Below, piece after piece: positions 30,464 through 32,000 of a DNA stretch of 32,000 nt (within the stretch, counting starts at the first letter, position 1; each line of letters starts with the position of its first letter). The DNA comes from Dehalococcoidia bacterium (GTDB lineage Bacteria; Chloroflexota; Dehalococcoidia; Lucifugimonadales; JADFKI01): NCBI GenBank assembly GCA_965221045.1, contig OZ244863.1, positions 774,765 to 806,764 on the forward strand. Reading direction: 5' to 3'. The notes beneath the pieces were generated by a model. That model searched no databases. It was given only the letters and a program-made list of their open reading frames with translations, and was not told the origin of the DNA. The translations under genes and the position numbers were made by a program.

Positions 30464-32000
30464 CTATTCTTCGCGCGCCCGCTCCTGCAACTCGTACAGC
30501 TTATTGATGGCGTCCAGCGGAGTCATCGAGGCGACATCGAGGGCAAGCAATTCATCAACTACAGGGGAAGTAAAGGTAAGCAGAGGCATCTGCTGGGGTT
30601 GCGGACTGCCTCTCCTGCGCCGCGGTGACGAGCGATTTACGCGGCTGTCGTCCTCTAGCTCGGCGAGGACATCCCACGCGCGGTTGACCACGCTGGCGGG
30701 CATGCCTGCCAGTCGCGCCACATGCACGCCGTAGCTTCGGTCCGCCCCGCCGGGCGCGATGTTGCGCAGGAACACAACCTGCCCCTTGTCCTCGGATACG
30801 ACCACATTGTAGTTGAACGCGCGCGGTAGAATGTCAGCAAGCTGCGTCAGTTCATGGTAGTGTGTGGCGAACAGCGTCTTGCAGCCCAGCCTCGGATTAT
30901 TGTGTAGATGCTCCGCCACTGCACGAGCAATTGCAAGCCCGTCATAGGTACTGGTACCGCGTCCGATCTCGTCGAGCACTATCAGCGAGCGCGGAGTCGC
31001 ATGGTTAAGGATAGCCGCCGTCTCTACCATCTCAACCATGAATGTAGATTGCCCCATCGCGAGGTCGTCCTGCAAGCCTACACGAGTGAATATCCTGTCG
31101 CAGACGCCAACCCGCGCAGAATCCGCCGGAACGAAGCTGCCAATCTGAGCCATCAGCACTATGACCGCCACCTGACGGATGTATGTTGACTTGCCCGCCA
31201 TGTTGGGTCCAGTCAGGATGATGAGCTGCTCGCCACCGCTTGCCAGCGCCGCATCATTGGCTACGAAGTCCCCGGCTGGCAGCATGCGCTCGACTACGGG
31301 ATGCCGCCCCTGCTTTATCGTCACGGCATCGCCCTCGTCCAGGACTGGGCGCACATACCCGAAGCGCGACGCTACCTCTGCAAGAGACGCGAAGACATCT
31401 ATGTTGGCGATGGCGCGCGCCGTACTCAGTATCTGCTCGGCATGGCCGGCGACCTGCTGACATACCTGCCTGAACAGCGCGCCTTCGATCTCGCCAATGC
31501 GGTCCTGGGCGTTCAGAATGAGTGATTCGTACTCCTTCATCTCCGGCGTGATGAAGCGCTCGCCACCCACAAGTGTCTGACGGCGTACATAATCTTCGGG
31601 CGCTTGCGCGAGATTGGAGTTGCTTATTTCGATGTAGTAGCCGAATACCCTGTTGTAGCCCACCTTGAGAGACTTGATGCCGGTGCGTTCTCGCTCCTTC
31701 TGCTCCAGGCGGGCGATGTAGTCCTGGGCATTGCGCGATGCGCCGCGCACTTCATCGAGGTCGGGCGAGAAGCCTTTGCGAATCACATTGCCGTCGCCCA
31801 CGCTAAGCGGCGGGTCGTCCGATATGGACAGCCTCACCAGTTCAATAACCTCGCCGTTGTCCGCGATTCGCTCGGCGAGCCACTCCACCTTGTCCGCATC
31901 ATCGTCCTCGCAAAGTATCGCCTTGATTTTCGGCGCCGCTTCCAGGCTATTGGCGAGGCCCACCAAGTCGCGCGGTGTGGCGCTGTGTCCGCGAACTCTG
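30464..32000 (-). CDS. mutS: DNA mismatch repair protein MutS, C-terminal about 511 codons (5' end beyond the window)
   Basis: Walker A TGPNMAGKSTYIRQVA and DEIGRGTSTYDGLAIA are present. The frame stays open past the track TTG start to nt 32000 (RVRGHSATPRDLVGLANSL), so the track start is not the real start. Confidence 0.92.
   Translation of the reverse strand, partial: RVRGHSATPRDLVGLANSLEAAPKIKAILCEDDDADKVEWLAERIADNGEVIELVRLSISDDPPLSVGDGNVIRKGFSPDLDEVRGASRNAQDYIARLEQKERERTGIKSLKVGYNRVFGYYIEISNSNLAQAPEDYVRRQTLVGGERFITPEMKEYESLILNAQDRIGEIEGALFRQVCQQVAGHAEQILSTARAIANIDVFASLAEVASRFGYVRPVLDEGDAVTIKQGRHPVVERMLPAGDFVANDAALASGGEQLIILTGPNMAGKSTYIRQVAVIVLMAQIGSFVPADSARVGVCDRIFTRVGLQDDLAMGQSTFMVEMVETAAILNHATPRSLIVLDEIGRGTSTYDGLAIARAVAEHLHNNPRLGCKTLFATHYHELTQLADILPRAFNYNVVVSEDKGQVVFLRNIAPGGADRSYGVHVARLAGMPASVVNRAWDVLAELEDDSRVNRSSPRRRRGSPQPQQMPLLTFTSPVVDELLALDVASMTPLDAINKLYELQERAREE

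Noticed and set aside
30390-30734. 114-aa plus-strand ORF starting in the AT-rich spacer
   Set aside because: Most of it runs antisense to the mutS 3' end. It has no motif or RBS. Shadow ORF.
1-32000. Scan for tRNA/rRNA genes, CRISPR repeat arrays, IS elements, integrases, reverse transcriptases and known multi-gene defence-system enzymes
   Set aside because: I found no T-loop (GGTTCGAATCC-like) context in any intergenic region. I also found no regularly spaced repeats, no transposase- or integrase-like ORF, and no spacer longer than about 320 nt. Absence is based on visual inspection only, so a covariance-model or HMM scan should confirm it.

Overview
Gene-dense, moderately GC-rich bacterial chromosomal segment (GC judged by eye, not computed). 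I recognised no rRNA, tRNA, CRISPR array, transposase or integrase. The gene content is reminiscent of marine Chloroflexota (SAR202-like): signal-less sulfatases, DUF1800/DUF1501, NHL propellers, LLM flavin oxidoreductases, a Uma2 nuclease and an Ala/Pro-rich lipoprotein linker. That taxonomic guess is inference only. Layout: (i) 1-2024 holds two adjacent type II toxin-antitoxin modules (higB-higA, mntA-hepT). Both toxin genes carry a single in-frame stop codon while both antitoxins are intact. An MBL-fold hydrolase follows, with its ATG overlapping the hepT stop. (ii) 2105-11522 is a minus-strand accessory cluster: DUF1800, DUF1501, two NHL beta-propeller paralogs, a small membrane protein plus a coupled mini-ORF, and two paralogous Cys-type sulfatases flanking a 68-aa tail-anchored ORF. 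None of the large proteins has an export signal. (iii) 11765-16494 holds an SDR oxidoreductase and a family-5 ABC importer (binding protein plus two permeases, no ATPase genes). (iv) 16491-20562 holds lipB plus the E2/E1-beta/E1-alpha genes of a 2-oxoacid dehydrogenase. (v) 20732-24212 holds two LLM oxidoreductases, a mini-HAD protein and rph. (vi) 24209-32000 holds a TPR protein, a GT2-GT2 fusion glycosyltransferase, lysC - Uma2 nuclease - thrB, a zinc-ribbon mini-protein and the 3' part of mutS. The best candidates for follow-up are the doubly nonsense-interrupted TA island, the signal-less DUF1800/DUF1501/NHL/sulfatase cluster, the GT2-GT2 fusion and several repeated stem-loop elements. All calls rest on motif recognition by eye; no database search was run.
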